A stretch of 64,000 nucleotides of DNA. It comes from an uncultured Chryseobacterium sp. GTDB lineage: Bacteria; Bacteroidota; Bacteroidia; Flavobacteriales_D; Sanyastnellaceae. Under the pieces are notes generated by a model that saw only the letters and a list, made by a program, of their open reading frames with translations, did no database searches and was not told the origin of the DNA. The translations under genes were made by a program, and so were the position numbers. The stretch spans positions 36,850 through 100,849 of the forward strand of contig CAZJCQ010000003.1 in the NCBI GenBank assembly GCA_964544665.1, in the 5' to 3' direction. Positions 27,325 through 36,272 of this stretch are shown here, one piece after another (the first letter of the stretch is position 1; each line of letters begins with the position of its first letter).

Positions 27325-28821
27325 CTAATTCGACTTTAATTCAATTCTAAAAGTTGTTCCTTTCCCTATTTCCGACTGCTTAACAAATATGTTGCCTTTG
27401 TGATACTCTTCCACAATTCGCTTCACCAAAGACAAACCTAACCCCCAACCCCTTGATTTCGTTGTATAGCCTGGCTTAAAAACCGTCTTCCAATTGGCTT
27501 TAGGTATTCCCTTTCCAGAATCTTTAACTTCGATAATAACCTTATTCGGTTCACTGCCAACAAGCACTTCAATGCTACCTTCTTCTTCCATTGCATCCGC
27601 AGCATTCCTCACCAGATTTTCTATTACCCACCCAAACAAGGCCTCATTGATAGCAACAGTGGTTGTTCTCGAAGGGACTTGAACCGAAACTTTAATTTTT
27701 GAGGAGATGCGCTTCTTTACATATTCCAATGACTCTTGCACGGTCAGTCGAATGTCCACTTCTTTTAATTCAGCCGCCGATCCAATTTTAGAAAAACGCT
27801 CCGTTATAATTTGTAGTCGATTGACATCCTTGTTCAACTCATCGATATAAGCAGCTGGCACATTCTGCGACTCTAACAAGGCGCCCCATCCCATTAAAGA
27901 ACTCAGGGGAGTGCCCAATTGATGCGCCGTTTCCTTGGCCATACCAACCCAAACTTGATTTTGTTCGGCTCGACGATAAGTAGAAAAAATAAAGTAACTG
28001 ATAAATAAAAAAACCGCTACTAATAACAACTGACCAATGGGGAAATATCGCAACTGCTGAAGCACCAAAGAATCTTCATAAAAAATACTGATGGGCTGCC
28101 CATCGGGCTTCACTATCCGAATCGGTGCATTGGCTAACTTAATTTGATTTAACCTTACACTATCTCGCACCTCTTCGTCAATTAATCGGGCATGATGCAA
28201 AAGTGCACCCGTTCGATCATCTAAAATAATGATAGGTGCCAACGAAGAAGCCACTACTTGATCGTCGATAAAAGAACGATTGAGTTCATTCAATGTGCGT
28301 TCGGTCTCTTTGTACAGTTGGCTATCATCAAAATAAAGTTTCATGCCTATTCCAGAAACCTCGATGGGCTTGTATTTTTTGACAATAACCGACTTCAATG
28401 AATCTGCAAATTCACGATTATTCTCTTTTCCTTTGGGCAAATTCCTACCCTGAACAAACCGATTATTCTTATCGTACAACAAAATCGGAATGGTATTATT
28501 ATCTTTTAAAAATTCAAAAGTGAAAGTAAAATCTGTTTGCGGATCGGCGGTTGTGAGGAACATCAAAGCCTTTCCCATTAAACGCGCCTTTGCCTCTTCT
28601 TCGCGACGCATCAAAGTCAACAGTGAATCAATGTACTGATTGGACTTTGCACTTCGCACAATCGACTGGGCCCAGGTTTCCACTTTTGCCTTTTCATCAA
28701 CTTTAATACGATCAATGATAACCTGGGTGTAGGCTACGGTCAAGAAAACCAAAAGAGCTGCAAATACCACCAATAGCCACTTCCATCTTTGCTTATTTTG
28801 GTAGAGACTGATCTTGGCCAT
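27325..28821 (-). CDS. Sensor histidine kinase with two TM helices flanking an extracytoplasmic domain of about 250 aa
   Basis: H-box ETAHQLGTPLSSL. N-box ENLVRNAADAM. G1 VKDSGKGIP. G2 GWGLGLSL. Start placed at ATG 28821 (MAKISLYQ...), which removes the overlap with the upstream ORF. Confidence 0.8.
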   Translation of the reverse strand: MAKISLYQNKQRWKWLLVVFAALLVFLTVAYTQVIIDRIKVDEKAKVETWAQSIVRSAKSNQYIDSLLTLMRREEEAKARLMGKALMFLTTADPQTDFTFTFEFLKDNNTIPILLYDKNNRFVQGRNLPKGKENNREFADSLKSVIVKKYKPIEVSGIGMKLYFDDSQLYKETERTLNELNRSFIDDQVVASSLAPIIILDDRTGALLHHARLIDEEVRDSVRLNQIKLANAPIRIVKPDGQPISIFYEDSLVLQQLRYFPIGQLLLVAVFLFISYFIFSTYRRAEQNQVWVGMAKETAHQLGTPLSSLMGWGALLESQNVPAAYIDELNKDVNRLQIITERFSKIGSAAELKEVDIRLTVQESLEYVKKRISSKIKVSVQVPSRTTTVAINEALFGWVIENLVRNAADAMEEEGSIEVLVGSEPNKVIIEVKDSGKGIPKANWKTVFKPGYTTKSRGWGLGLSLVKRIVEEYHKGNIFVKQSEIGKGTTFRIELKSN

Positions 28822-28837
28822 ATCCGCTAAAGATACA

Positions 28838-29407
28838 TCAATCGGCCGATTCCAATACCCCTGGTTCCAACAAAAATTCATTCAACCATTTGGATAATGG
28901 ATGTAATTGACTACCCTTCTTGAGCCATTGAAAACTCGAAAATTGCCAATCTTCTTGTTGATCAACCATTCCCAAACTCACCGGTAAAGAATGAAAATAT
29001 CGAATGCTTTGCTTAAGGATGGAAACCCGTTCCATGCCTTGAGATGGAATAGGTAATATAAAGACTCCATTACGATCTTCATGACTCATCCAATCAATAA
29101 AAGTGTTGAGAATTCCCGACCGGAGTGCATCCGAAAATTCCCGGATACTCTCATTTTGATGAAGCGATCTTGCACTCACCAACAGATGAATTTGATTGGG
29201 CAATAATACAAAAGACACTACCAGAAAATGAGGAGTCAAGTAATGATTCATTCGATCCATGCATTCATAATAATCCGCTGATTGATGGAGGAAAGATGAA
29301 GCATTGGAGATATGGATGGAAATCCGATATTCCATGAAAGGAAAAAAAGATTTTGGACTTTTCATTTCACAAAGCTGCGCGAAGAATGCGCCATTTTTGC
29401 GAAACAC
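28838..29407 (-). CDS. Divergent IS200/Y1-transposase-fold (RayT/REP-associated-like) protein, probably catalytically degenerate
   Basis: LLPNQIHLLV aligns with the family's MPNH(F/V)HLLV HUH strand. RYFHSLPVSLGMVDQQEDWQFSSF aligns with RYIHxNPVxAGLVxxPEDWxWSSY. The start is uncertain: GTG 29407, ATG 29365 or ATG 29335. Confidence 0.45.
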   Translation of the reverse strand: MFRKNGAFFAQLCEMKSPKSFFPFMEYRISIHISNASSFLHQSADYYECMDRMNHYLTPHFLVVSFVLLPNQIHLLVSARSLHQNESIREFSDALRSGILNTFIDWMSHEDRNGVFILPIPSQGMERVSILKQSIRYFHSLPVSLGMVDQQEDWQFSSFQWLKKGSQLHPLSKWLNEFLLEPGVLESAD

Positions 29408-29470
29408 ATAACCAACATAATGGCCATAAATCCACTATAAACTGAAGGCATCAGCTTATAAATGGGCATA

Positions 29471-29493
29471 AAAAAACCCGCCGAGGCGGGTTT
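29471..29493 (-). terminator. Rho-independent terminator of the lipoprotein gene
   Basis: The minus strand reads AAACCCGCC-tc-GGCGGGTTT followed by TTT (six T in total). Confidence 0.6.
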
Positions 29494-29508
29494 ATTGAAA
29501 AAATGAAA

Positions 29509-29943
29509 TTATTTCTTTTTCATATGTACCTCTGTAACATCACCTGATGTGTCAGTTTCCCTTGTCCAAAATTCACTACTGGTCAGACGAATGATGGTCG
29601 TTGAGTTCGCCCCTCCTCCATTATCACTAGTATAACTTATGGTTTCGTTATCACCAAACTCCCAAGTTCCTGTGTCTTCACCGTTGAATGATTGACCCAA
29701 AACGGAGTAAGAATATACCGTCTTGTAGGTGCCATCTCTTTCAATAGTCATTTCATAAGTACTATTTGCTGTAGATTGAGATGTTACATCTACATCATTT
29801 TGAAGAATTTTATCATACACCCAAGTGCCTGCAATTCGACCTGTTTTTGAACGTAGAGAAAACATGGGGCCTTCCTCATACTTTCCGCAAGACCACAATG
29901 AAACCATAGCAATGGTTACCAAGATTAAACTGATTTTTTTCAT
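29509..29943 (-). CDS. Lipocalin-like lipoprotein
   Basis: MKKISLILVTIAMVSLWSCGK lipobox. GTWVYDK and GTWEF beta-barrel-type repeats. Start at 29943 is supported by a TAAATTTG box at 29964-29971. Confidence 0.6.
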   Translation of the reverse strand: MKKISLILVTIAMVSLWSCGKYEEGPMFSLRSKTGRIAGTWVYDKILQNDVDVTSQSTANSTYEMTIERDGTYKTVYSYSVLGQSFNGEDTGTWEFGDNETISYTSDNGGGANSTTIIRLTSSEFWTRETDTSGDVTEVHMKKK

Positions 29944-29963
29944 AAATGTTAATTTTATTTTGT

Positions 29964-29971
29964 CAAATTTA
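29964..29971 (-). promoter_or_regulatory. -7 promoter box TAAATTTG
   Basis: Lies 20 nt upstream of the ATG at 29943 on the minus strand. Confidence 0.35.
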
Positions 29972-30020
29972 ATCAAAAACTCGATCATCAAATTTCAAAT
30001 CAGAATTTTAACAACCAATC

Positions 30021-30530
30021 TTAAGTCTTTCTTTTATACAAAGGAACCGTTGAGCAAGGCTCACCGAACATCAAGGATTTTACCACTGGTAAAATTTTCA
30101 TCATCAGTGCATTTTGTACCTCAGCAGTAACATATCCTTTGGTACAACCCTTAATGATGACCATTCGATCCTCATACAAGCCTACCTCCATCTCTTGAAT
30201 CCGCTTCATCAGATAATAAGATTTGGCTTGTTCAGCAGTTCCTACATAAAATGCCGCAACATGTTGTCCGAAATGACTACCGACCAATAAATGGGTCCAT
30301 TGTGGTAAAATAATATCACCCGGTATGGGCATATGAACAACTTGACCCGCATAACGATCCGCTGAAAGTCCTTTGAGATGATCCCTCAAATCTTTCTCGC
30401 GCAAGACTTGTCCTTGCCACAATAGCGGAATTAAATCAAAAGAAACAAATGTAACTCCCTGAATCCATTCTTCCAGGTCGATGGTGATGAGTCCGCTTTC
30501 TGCAACACGATTTTTTATTGCATCACTCAT
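30021..30530 (-). CDS. DUF2480-family protein
   Basis: [18 protein letters not shown]...[11 protein letters not shown] pattern. 4-bp overlap with dxs. Confidence 0.5.
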   Translation of the reverse strand: MSDAIKNRVAESGLITIDLEEWIQGVTFVSFDLIPLLWQGQVLREKDLRDHLKGLSADRYAGQVVHMPIPGDIILPQWTHLLVGSHFGQHVAAFYVGTAEQAKSYYLMKRIQEMEVGLYEDRMVIIKGCTKGYVTAEVQNALMMKILPVVKSLMFGEPCSTVPLYKRKT

Positions 30531-32464
30531 GCTGTTTGCGTCTGAACTGTATGCTCTAACATGGAAAGGGCCGCCGCCACCATTCCCTCAACGTCAAAAC
30601 CACACTCCTTATACAATTCATCTTGTGTGCCATGTTCGATGTAGGCATCAGGTATACCCAATCTTCTGACCTTGGCGGTATAACCATGATCGGCCATAAA
30701 TTCTAAAACCGCGGATCCCATTCCACCTTGTATACAACCATCTTCAATGGTAATCACGTTTTTAAATTTACCAAACACCTCATGTAACATCACTTCATCG
30801 ATGGGTTTAGCGAAACGCATATCATAATGGGCTGCATCTATTCCTTGCTCGGACAATTGTTGAATCGCCCGTGTTGTATAATTACCTATTGGACCCAAAG
30901 TTAGAAAAGCAATATCACTTCCATTGGTGAGCCTTCGACCCGTACCCACTTTAATTTCCTCCATGGGTGTCTTCCAATCTATCAAAACCCCATTACCTCT
31001 TGGGTAACGAATGGTGAATGGTCCTTGATTTTCCATCTGCGCCGAATACATAAGGCTACGCAATTCACTTTCATTCATAGGAGAGGAAACCACCATGTTG
31101 GGAATACAACGCATGTAGGCGATATCATATGCTCCATGATGCGTAGGTCCATCCGCTCCCACCAATCCTCCTCTGTCCAAACAAAATACAACGTTCAATT
31201 TTTGCAATGCCACATCGTGTAAGACCTGATCAAAAGCACGTTGCATGAAAGAACTATAGATATTACAAAAAGGAACCAAACCTTGAGTAGCCATTCCTGC
31301 GCTAAACGTAACCGCATGTTGCTCTGCGATTCCTACATCAAAGGCCCTGTTTGGCATCGATTCCATCATGAACTTCAAAGAGCTACCCGATGGCATGGCG
31401 GGAGTTACGCCTACAATCTTTTCATTCGATTCTGCCAACTCAATAATAGAATGGCCAAATACATCCTGAAACAGAGGAGGTTGGGGTGCTTTTGGCACCA
31501 CCTTGACTATTTCACCTGTTTCTTTATTAAAAATTCCAGGAGCGTGCCATGTAGTCGGAGAACCCTTTTCTGCAGGTTCATATCCTTTACCCTTTTTGGT
31601 TACACAATGCAAAATTTTTGGCCCTGGAATATCTCTTAAATCCTTCATCACTCGAACCATATGATCAACATCATGCCCATCAATAGGACCAAAATATCTC
31701 CACTTTAAGGACTCAAACAAATTACTTTCTTTGATCAAAGAACCTTTCAAAGCCTCTGAAATCTTGTGAGCCACAGCCTGTGCATTCGGTCCAAACTTGC
31801 TTACTTTTCCTAGTAATTGCCAAACATCATCCTTGACTTTGTTATAGGTATGACTAGTGGTTATGTCGGTAAGATATTCCTTCAATGCACCGACATTTGG
31901 ATCTATACTCATACAGTTGTCATTTAAAACAACCAAAATATTAGAGTCCGTAATTCCACCGTGATTCAAACCTTCAAATGCCAAACCCGCTGTCATCGCG
32001 CCATCGCCAATCACCGCAACAACATGTCGGTTTTCCTCTTTCTTTAATTTAGAAGCCACTGCCATTCCCACCGCTGCACTGATTGACGTAGAACTATGTC
32101 CCACCCCAAAAGTATCATACTCGCTCTCACTTCTTTTTGGGAATCCACTAATGCCTTTGTATTTTCTGTTGGTATAAAAAACATCTCTGCGACCCGTCAA
32201 AATTTTATGTCCATAGGCTTGGTGTCCAACATCCCAAACCAATTGGTCGTAGGGGGTCTGAAAAACATAATGCAATGCAACGGTTAATTCTACAACACCG
32301 AGGCTTGCACCAAAGTGCCCTCCTTTTTCAGAAACCACATCAACAATATATTGTCGGAGCTCATCGCAAATATCCTTCAAATCTTTATCCTGAAACTTTT
32401 GTCTCAAGTCTTGTGGATATTGTATTTGGGCTAACTTCTGCCCAGCTTGATAGGGATTACTCAT
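30527..32464 (-). CDS. dxs: 1-deoxy-D-xylulose-5-phosphate synthase
   Basis: [21 protein letters not shown] and the ThDP motif [16 protein letters not shown]. 645 aa. Confidence 0.95.
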   Translation of the reverse strand: MSNPYQAGQKLAQIQYPQDLRQKFQDKDLKDICDELRQYIVDVVSEKGGHFGASLGVVELTVALHYVFQTPYDQLVWDVGHQAYGHKILTGRRDVFYTNRKYKGISGFPKRSESEYDTFGVGHSSTSISAAVGMAVASKLKKEENRHVVAVIGDGAMTAGLAFEGLNHGGITDSNILVVLNDNCMSIDPNVGALKEYLTDITTSHTYNKVKDDVWQLLGKVSKFGPNAQAVAHKISEALKGSLIKESNLFESLKWRYFGPIDGHDVDHMVRVMKDLRDIPGPKILHCVTKKGKGYEPAEKGSPTTWHAPGIFNKETGEIVKVVPKAPQPPLFQDVFGHSIIELAESNEKIVGVTPAMPSGSSLKFMMESMPNRAFDVGIAEQHAVTFSAGMATQGLVPFCNIYSSFMQRAFDQVLHDVALQKLNVVFCLDRGGLVGADGPTHHGAYDIAYMRCIPNMVVSSPMNESELRSLMYSAQMENQGPFTIRYPRGNGVLIDWKTPMEEIKVGTGRRLTNGSDIAFLTLGPIGNYTTRAIQQLSEQGIDAAHYDMRFAKPIDEVMLHEVFGKFKNVITIEDGCIQGGMGSAVLEFMADHGYTAKVRRLGIPDAYIEHGTQDELYKECGFDVEGMVAAALSMLEHTVQTQTA

Positions 32465-32489
32465 TCTTACACTTTCTCAATCTATAACA

Positions 32490-32497
32490 CAAAGGTA
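32490..32497 (-). promoter_or_regulatory. -7 promoter box TACCTTTG upstream of dxs
   Basis: Minus-strand TACCTTTG lies about 25 nt upstream of the dxs ATG. Confidence 0.35.
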
Positions 32498-32524
32498 GAC
32501 CGAATGTTCGCATTAATTCTTTTT

Positions 32525-32995
32525 TCAATCGATATACCAACTCAATTGCAGGAAATAGGTACACTTATTAGACATTACCACAAATTCATCCTGATCCGTA
32601 GCTTCCGCCGGATTAAACGTGGCAAAATCCACCTGGTTACCTCCAGGATCCATTAATCGAAATTCATAAAGCGTATCTACTGAACAGGATAAAGTAGGGT
32701 GCCAATCGAACACTACATCCGTTTCTGAACGAACATCTGGCATAAAAAATAAAGTTGGACCGTTTACCTTTCTGATTTCCAGGCTCGCTCCAATCATCGA
32801 TTGCAACACAGGATCCTGTGTTGACATCCAAATAAAATTCACATTCGCACGATTAACCGTCTGCACTGGAGGGGTTGTCGTAGTGTCTTGACTATTGTCA
32901 TTGTTATGATCATTATTATCCGGATCCTTGCAAGAAAATGCAAATGATATCCAAATAGAAACCAATAAGAAGCTTAGTAATTTAATTCTTTTCAA
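32525..32995 (-). CDS. Small lipoprotein of unknown function
   Basis: An in-frame TTG at 32995 gives (M)KRIKLLSFLLVSIWISFAFSCKD, a textbook lipobox, followed by a low-complexity DPDNNDHNNDNSQDTTTTPP linker. The longer ORF-track start at 33070 lies inside the upstream gene. Confidence 0.55.
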   Translation of the reverse strand: MKRIKLLSFLLVSIWISFAFSCKDPDNNDHNNDNSQDTTTTPPVQTVNRANVNFIWMSTQDPVLQSMIGASLEIRKVNGPTLFFMPDVRSETDVVFDWHPTLSCSVDTLYEFRLMDPGGNQVDFATFNPAEATDQDEFVVMSNKCTYFLQLSWYID

Positions 32996-35900
32996 AGCGA
33001 TAAATTTGAGTGTGATCTTGATCAATTTGAACAACGAAACTATAAATACCTGAAGCCAATGTTCGAACATCGATAACAGATAAACCCGTCATTTGACCTT
33101 GCAATACTTTTTGTCCTGTGGTATTAAATATAGAGTATTTTGCACTGGCAGGCAACTCACTTTGTACATACAGATAATGTTGCGTAGGATTCGGATATAA
33201 TGCCACTAAAGCATCATTGACCTCAGCGACACCAACGCCACATGGATCGACATAAATATTTCGTACCGCACGATTGGTGCATCCTTGAGGATCCACATAA
33301 TTGTAAGTGATCGGATGCCAACCCGATCCCGCAATATTGGGATAGAACTGATTGCCTGAAACACCTAAACCGGTATAAAATCCCCCCGAAGGAACTCCGG
33401 TCATCAGCACTGGGAAACCATTATAGCATACCGTGTCAGTAGGTAAAAACAACTCGGTGGGAGCAAATAATACATCAATAAATTGCTCATCGGTACTCAC
33501 CAAACATCCAGTCTCGGCGTCAGCATATTCGTAATGAATATAATGAGGTCCACCCCCTGCCAATGCGGGATCAAAAGTAGATCCGACGATTCCTGCATCT
33601 GAAATAAAATCACCACCCAAAGGCAATCCCACGAGGTTCAAAGGAGAAGCCGAAATACAAATGGAGTCCGTTGCCAAAGCCATCACTACATCTGGAATAT
33701 CAGCAAGGACAACTTGCACAGAAGCACTGGCTTCACACTCATTGATTGCTGTAACGTGCAGACTGTAACTTCCTTCCTCAATAACAAAGAAAGGGTCCGA
33801 TTGAGAGTTGTCATTGGTCCACTCCCAAAAAGCCACTAGTGAATCTGGAGAAATCATGGGGGACAACTCTAAGTAAATATCTGGAGTACAAAACACCAGC
33901 TCGCCGTTATACAAAATATCCACTTCAGGCACTGGTTTTACGTTAACAAATACAGGAGCCGAAATGCCTTGACATCCATTCAATAAACCACGAACTGTCA
34001 TTGTACGGGTAGAGTCTATTTCTACGAAAGCGGTGGTATCACCTGTGCTCCACACATAACTATCAGCACCGCCTGCCGCCAGTACCACAGACTCGCCATC
34101 GCAGAATTCTAAATCACCGTCAATGGCAATGGTGACATATGGATTTGGGCAATCTTCAATTCTACCAAATATCCCGTCCTGTCCTCCATTTAAAGCGGAT
34201 TGCCATCCGTTGTAGGCCAAAAGCGGAGAAGCAGCAGAACCTGCAAATAATACTTTTTGCTGGGGATCGATATTTAAAAATCGTAATTCTTCATTGCCTG
34301 CCCCACCAAAGTATGTGGACCACTGGGGAGCTCCCTCAACTGTAAATTTCGTTAAAAACAAATCGGTTCCGCCTTGCACGTTCATTTGAAATCCATTGAT
34401 CCCTAAACCGGCTGAGTTCGTTTGACCTCCAAAATAGATATTTCCTACCGCATCAGCCACCATCGAGGCACCGACATCCGTTCCTGGTCCTCCGAAATAA
34501 CTGCGCCAAGCCATGACACCCGTGCTGTTATATCGAGCCATGAATGCGTCTGAAACACCTCCTGAAAATGTTGTCTGGAAAGCTCCCGCAGTAGCAAACG
34601 AAGTAGATGAGGTCGTGCCTACTAAATAAATGTTGCCATAAATGTCGGAACTACATTGCTCGACGATATCGGTTCCAGAACCACCCACATAGGTACCCCA
34701 CGCTATTTCTCCTAATTCCGTAAACGAGGCGATAAAACCATCTTTTAAACCACCGCCATAGCTCAATTGTTGACCACTATTCGCAATACCCGTTACTGAA
34801 GCCGTTCCTCCGGTAATATAAATTCGATCATTGACTTGGTCATATCCAATTCCTCCCGCTGTTTCAATATTTTCTCCGCCATAGAAAGTACTCCAATACA
34901 AAGATGCCATTCCATTGATACAGGTCACAAACACATCCCCCTGACCTCCGTAGACATTATCACCCCCACCAAAAACAGGGTAATCACTCGAGGTCGTTTC
35001 ACCTAACACAAGAACACGTCCTTCATTATCTACCGTAATTCCCAACACATATTCAGAACCAGAACCTCCTAAATAACTACCCCAAATGCGTTGACCATTC
35101 CCGTTAAACTTAACGACAAATCCATCTCTGATTCCACTCAACGTGGGCTGAAAGCCAAAAGAAGCAACCAACATCGAGGAAGTGGTGGTACCTCCCATAT
35201 AGACAAACCCATTTTGATCAATGGCGATGGTATTTCCCTCGTCTTGACCTTCTCCTCCATAATAGGTAGCCCAAAGTCTTTGTCCTTGTGCATTGAATTT
35301 GGCCATAAACGCATCGCGTGTTCCGTTCATGTTAGATTGATGAATGTTTCCGCCAACATTGTTTCCGGAAATATTCGTGGTGCTAGTGGTAGTGCCTGTA
35401 ATGTAAATGTTATTTTGTGCGTCTGAACAAATTCCGGTAATATCATCATAGACTTCTCCACCGTAATAAGAAGTCCAAATAACTTCAGGATCAATGACCA
35501 AATCTAGTGCTTGGTTGTAGGAACCCAGATGAAATCGCACTTGGTTCTTATTTAGTTGATATGCAACTGGAATGGAGGTTTTACCTTGGTTGGCGATCGG
35601 AGCCTTATCTGAAACACTTCCCATAGAAGCTTTTACTTCCATGGATCCATCCGGATGAATGAACACCCCATTTGCCCCTTTCCATTCCAAGCATATTTGC
35701 TGAGGATCGCCCCCTGGGTGAACAATAAAATCATATTTCACGCCTTGTTCGGTATCATAAATGATCCAATCAATTTGTGGATATACGTTTCGGACGATCA
35801 CCTTTCCGTAGGCATGAGCAAATATCTCTCCGGCTTGCGTGTAAAAATAATTACCATTGCACTCACCCGATTTTTCAAAATGGGTCATATCCCCACCCAC

Positions 35901-36146
35901 AGGAGTCAGGTAGACACGATTTAAATCCAAATCATTAGCAGCCATTTTAGCCCATTCGTACTCTAGACCTAAATTGGTAATTCGGAAGGAAACCTGATGA
36001 TCATGGTTTTCAAAAAACACGCTTCGATCTTGAGGGTTCCATTGTCCACGATTTTCAACAAAACCTTGTCTTAAATCATGCGGTGTCGCCATCGCTACTG
36101 AATTGATCAATAAAAAAACAAACAATAATTTTCTTTTCATACGCAA
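32982..36146 (-). CDS. Large secreted SBBP beta-propeller-repeat protein with Ig-like domains and a T9SS C-terminal sorting domain
   Basis: Repeats of the form YGG.G.D.G..I..D..GN.Y..G.T.S occur many times. C-terminus LYPNPTQHYLYVQS...GIYSFVV. Confidence 0.75.
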   Translation of the reverse strand: MRMKRKLLFVFLLINSVAMATPHDLRQGFVENRGQWNPQDRSVFFENHDHQVSFRITNLGLEYEWAKMAANDLDLNRVYLTPVGGDMTHFEKSGECNGNYFYTQAGEIFAHAYGKVIVRNVYPQIDWIIYDTEQGVKYDFIVHPGGDPQQICLEWKGANGVFIHPDGSMEVKASMGSVSDKAPIANQGKTSIPVAYQLNKNQVRFHLGSYNQALDLVIDPEVIWTSYYGGEVYDDITGICSDAQNNIYITGTTTSTTNISGNNVGGNIHQSNMNGTRDAFMAKFNAQGQRLWATYYGGEGQDEGNTIAIDQNGFVYMGGTTTSSMLVASFGFQPTLSGIRDGFVVKFNGNGQRIWGSYLGGSGSEYVLGITVDNEGRVLVLGETTSSDYPVFGGGDNVYGGQGDVFVTCINGMASLYWSTFYGGENIETAGGIGYDQVNDRIYITGGTASVTGIANSGQQLSYGGGLKDGFIASFTELGEIAWGTYVGGSGTDIVEQCSSDIYGNIYLVGTTSSTSFATAGAFQTTFSGGVSDAFMARYNSTGVMAWRSYFGGPGTDVGASMVADAVGNIYFGGQTNSAGLGINGFQMNVQGGTDLFLTKFTVEGAPQWSTYFGGAGNEELRFLNIDPQQKVLFAGSAASPLLAYNGWQSALNGGQDGIFGRIEDCPNPYVTIAIDGDLEFCDGESVVLAAGGADSYVWSTGDTTAFVEIDSTRTMTVRGLLNGCQGISAPVFVNVKPVPEVDILYNGELVFCTPDIYLELSPMISPDSLVAFWEWTNDNSQSDPFFVIEEGSYSLHVTAINECEASASVQVVLADIPDVVMALATDSICISASPLNLVGLPLGGDFISDAGIVGSTFDPALAGGGPHYIHYEYADAETGCLVSTDEQFIDVLFAPTELFLPTDTVCYNGFPVLMTGVPSGGFYTGLGVSGNQFYPNIAGSGWHPITYNYVDPQGCTNRAVRNIYVDPCGVGVAEVNDALVALYPNPTQHYLYVQSELPASAKYSIFNTTGQKVLQGQMTGLSVIDVRTLASGIYSFVVQIDQDHTQIYRFEKN

Positions 36147-36272
36147 CTAGAATACATGGTTTACGCCAAGGAATCTGTATTTGTTGCATAATTAAAGAAA
36201 AAATTTGAATAATAGCCTTAAAAAACTTCCTAATTATTATCTTGCCCCTGTTAATTGACTTGACCAACCTTT

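Noticed and set aside
29362-29469. A 35-codon ORF (MPIYKLMPSVYSGFMAIMLVMCFAK...) overlapping the 5' end of the RayT-like ORF in another frame.
   Set aside because: It is short, has no promoter box or conservation evidence available, and overlaps a longer ORF that carries family motifs.
29471-29493. Two hairpins share the stem ACCCGCC...GGCGGGT (29471-29493 and 56334-56357), which could be REP-like elements linked to the RayT-like gene.
   Set aside because: There are only two copies. Each sits exactly where a rho-independent terminator is expected and is followed by a T-run. The stems are short and generic GC clamps.
32996-33070. The N-terminal 25 codons of the 181-aa ORF at 32525-33070.
   Set aside because: They lie entirely inside the SBBP gene and precede a perfect lipoprotein signal peptide that begins at an in-frame TTG. 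The shorter model is more plausible.
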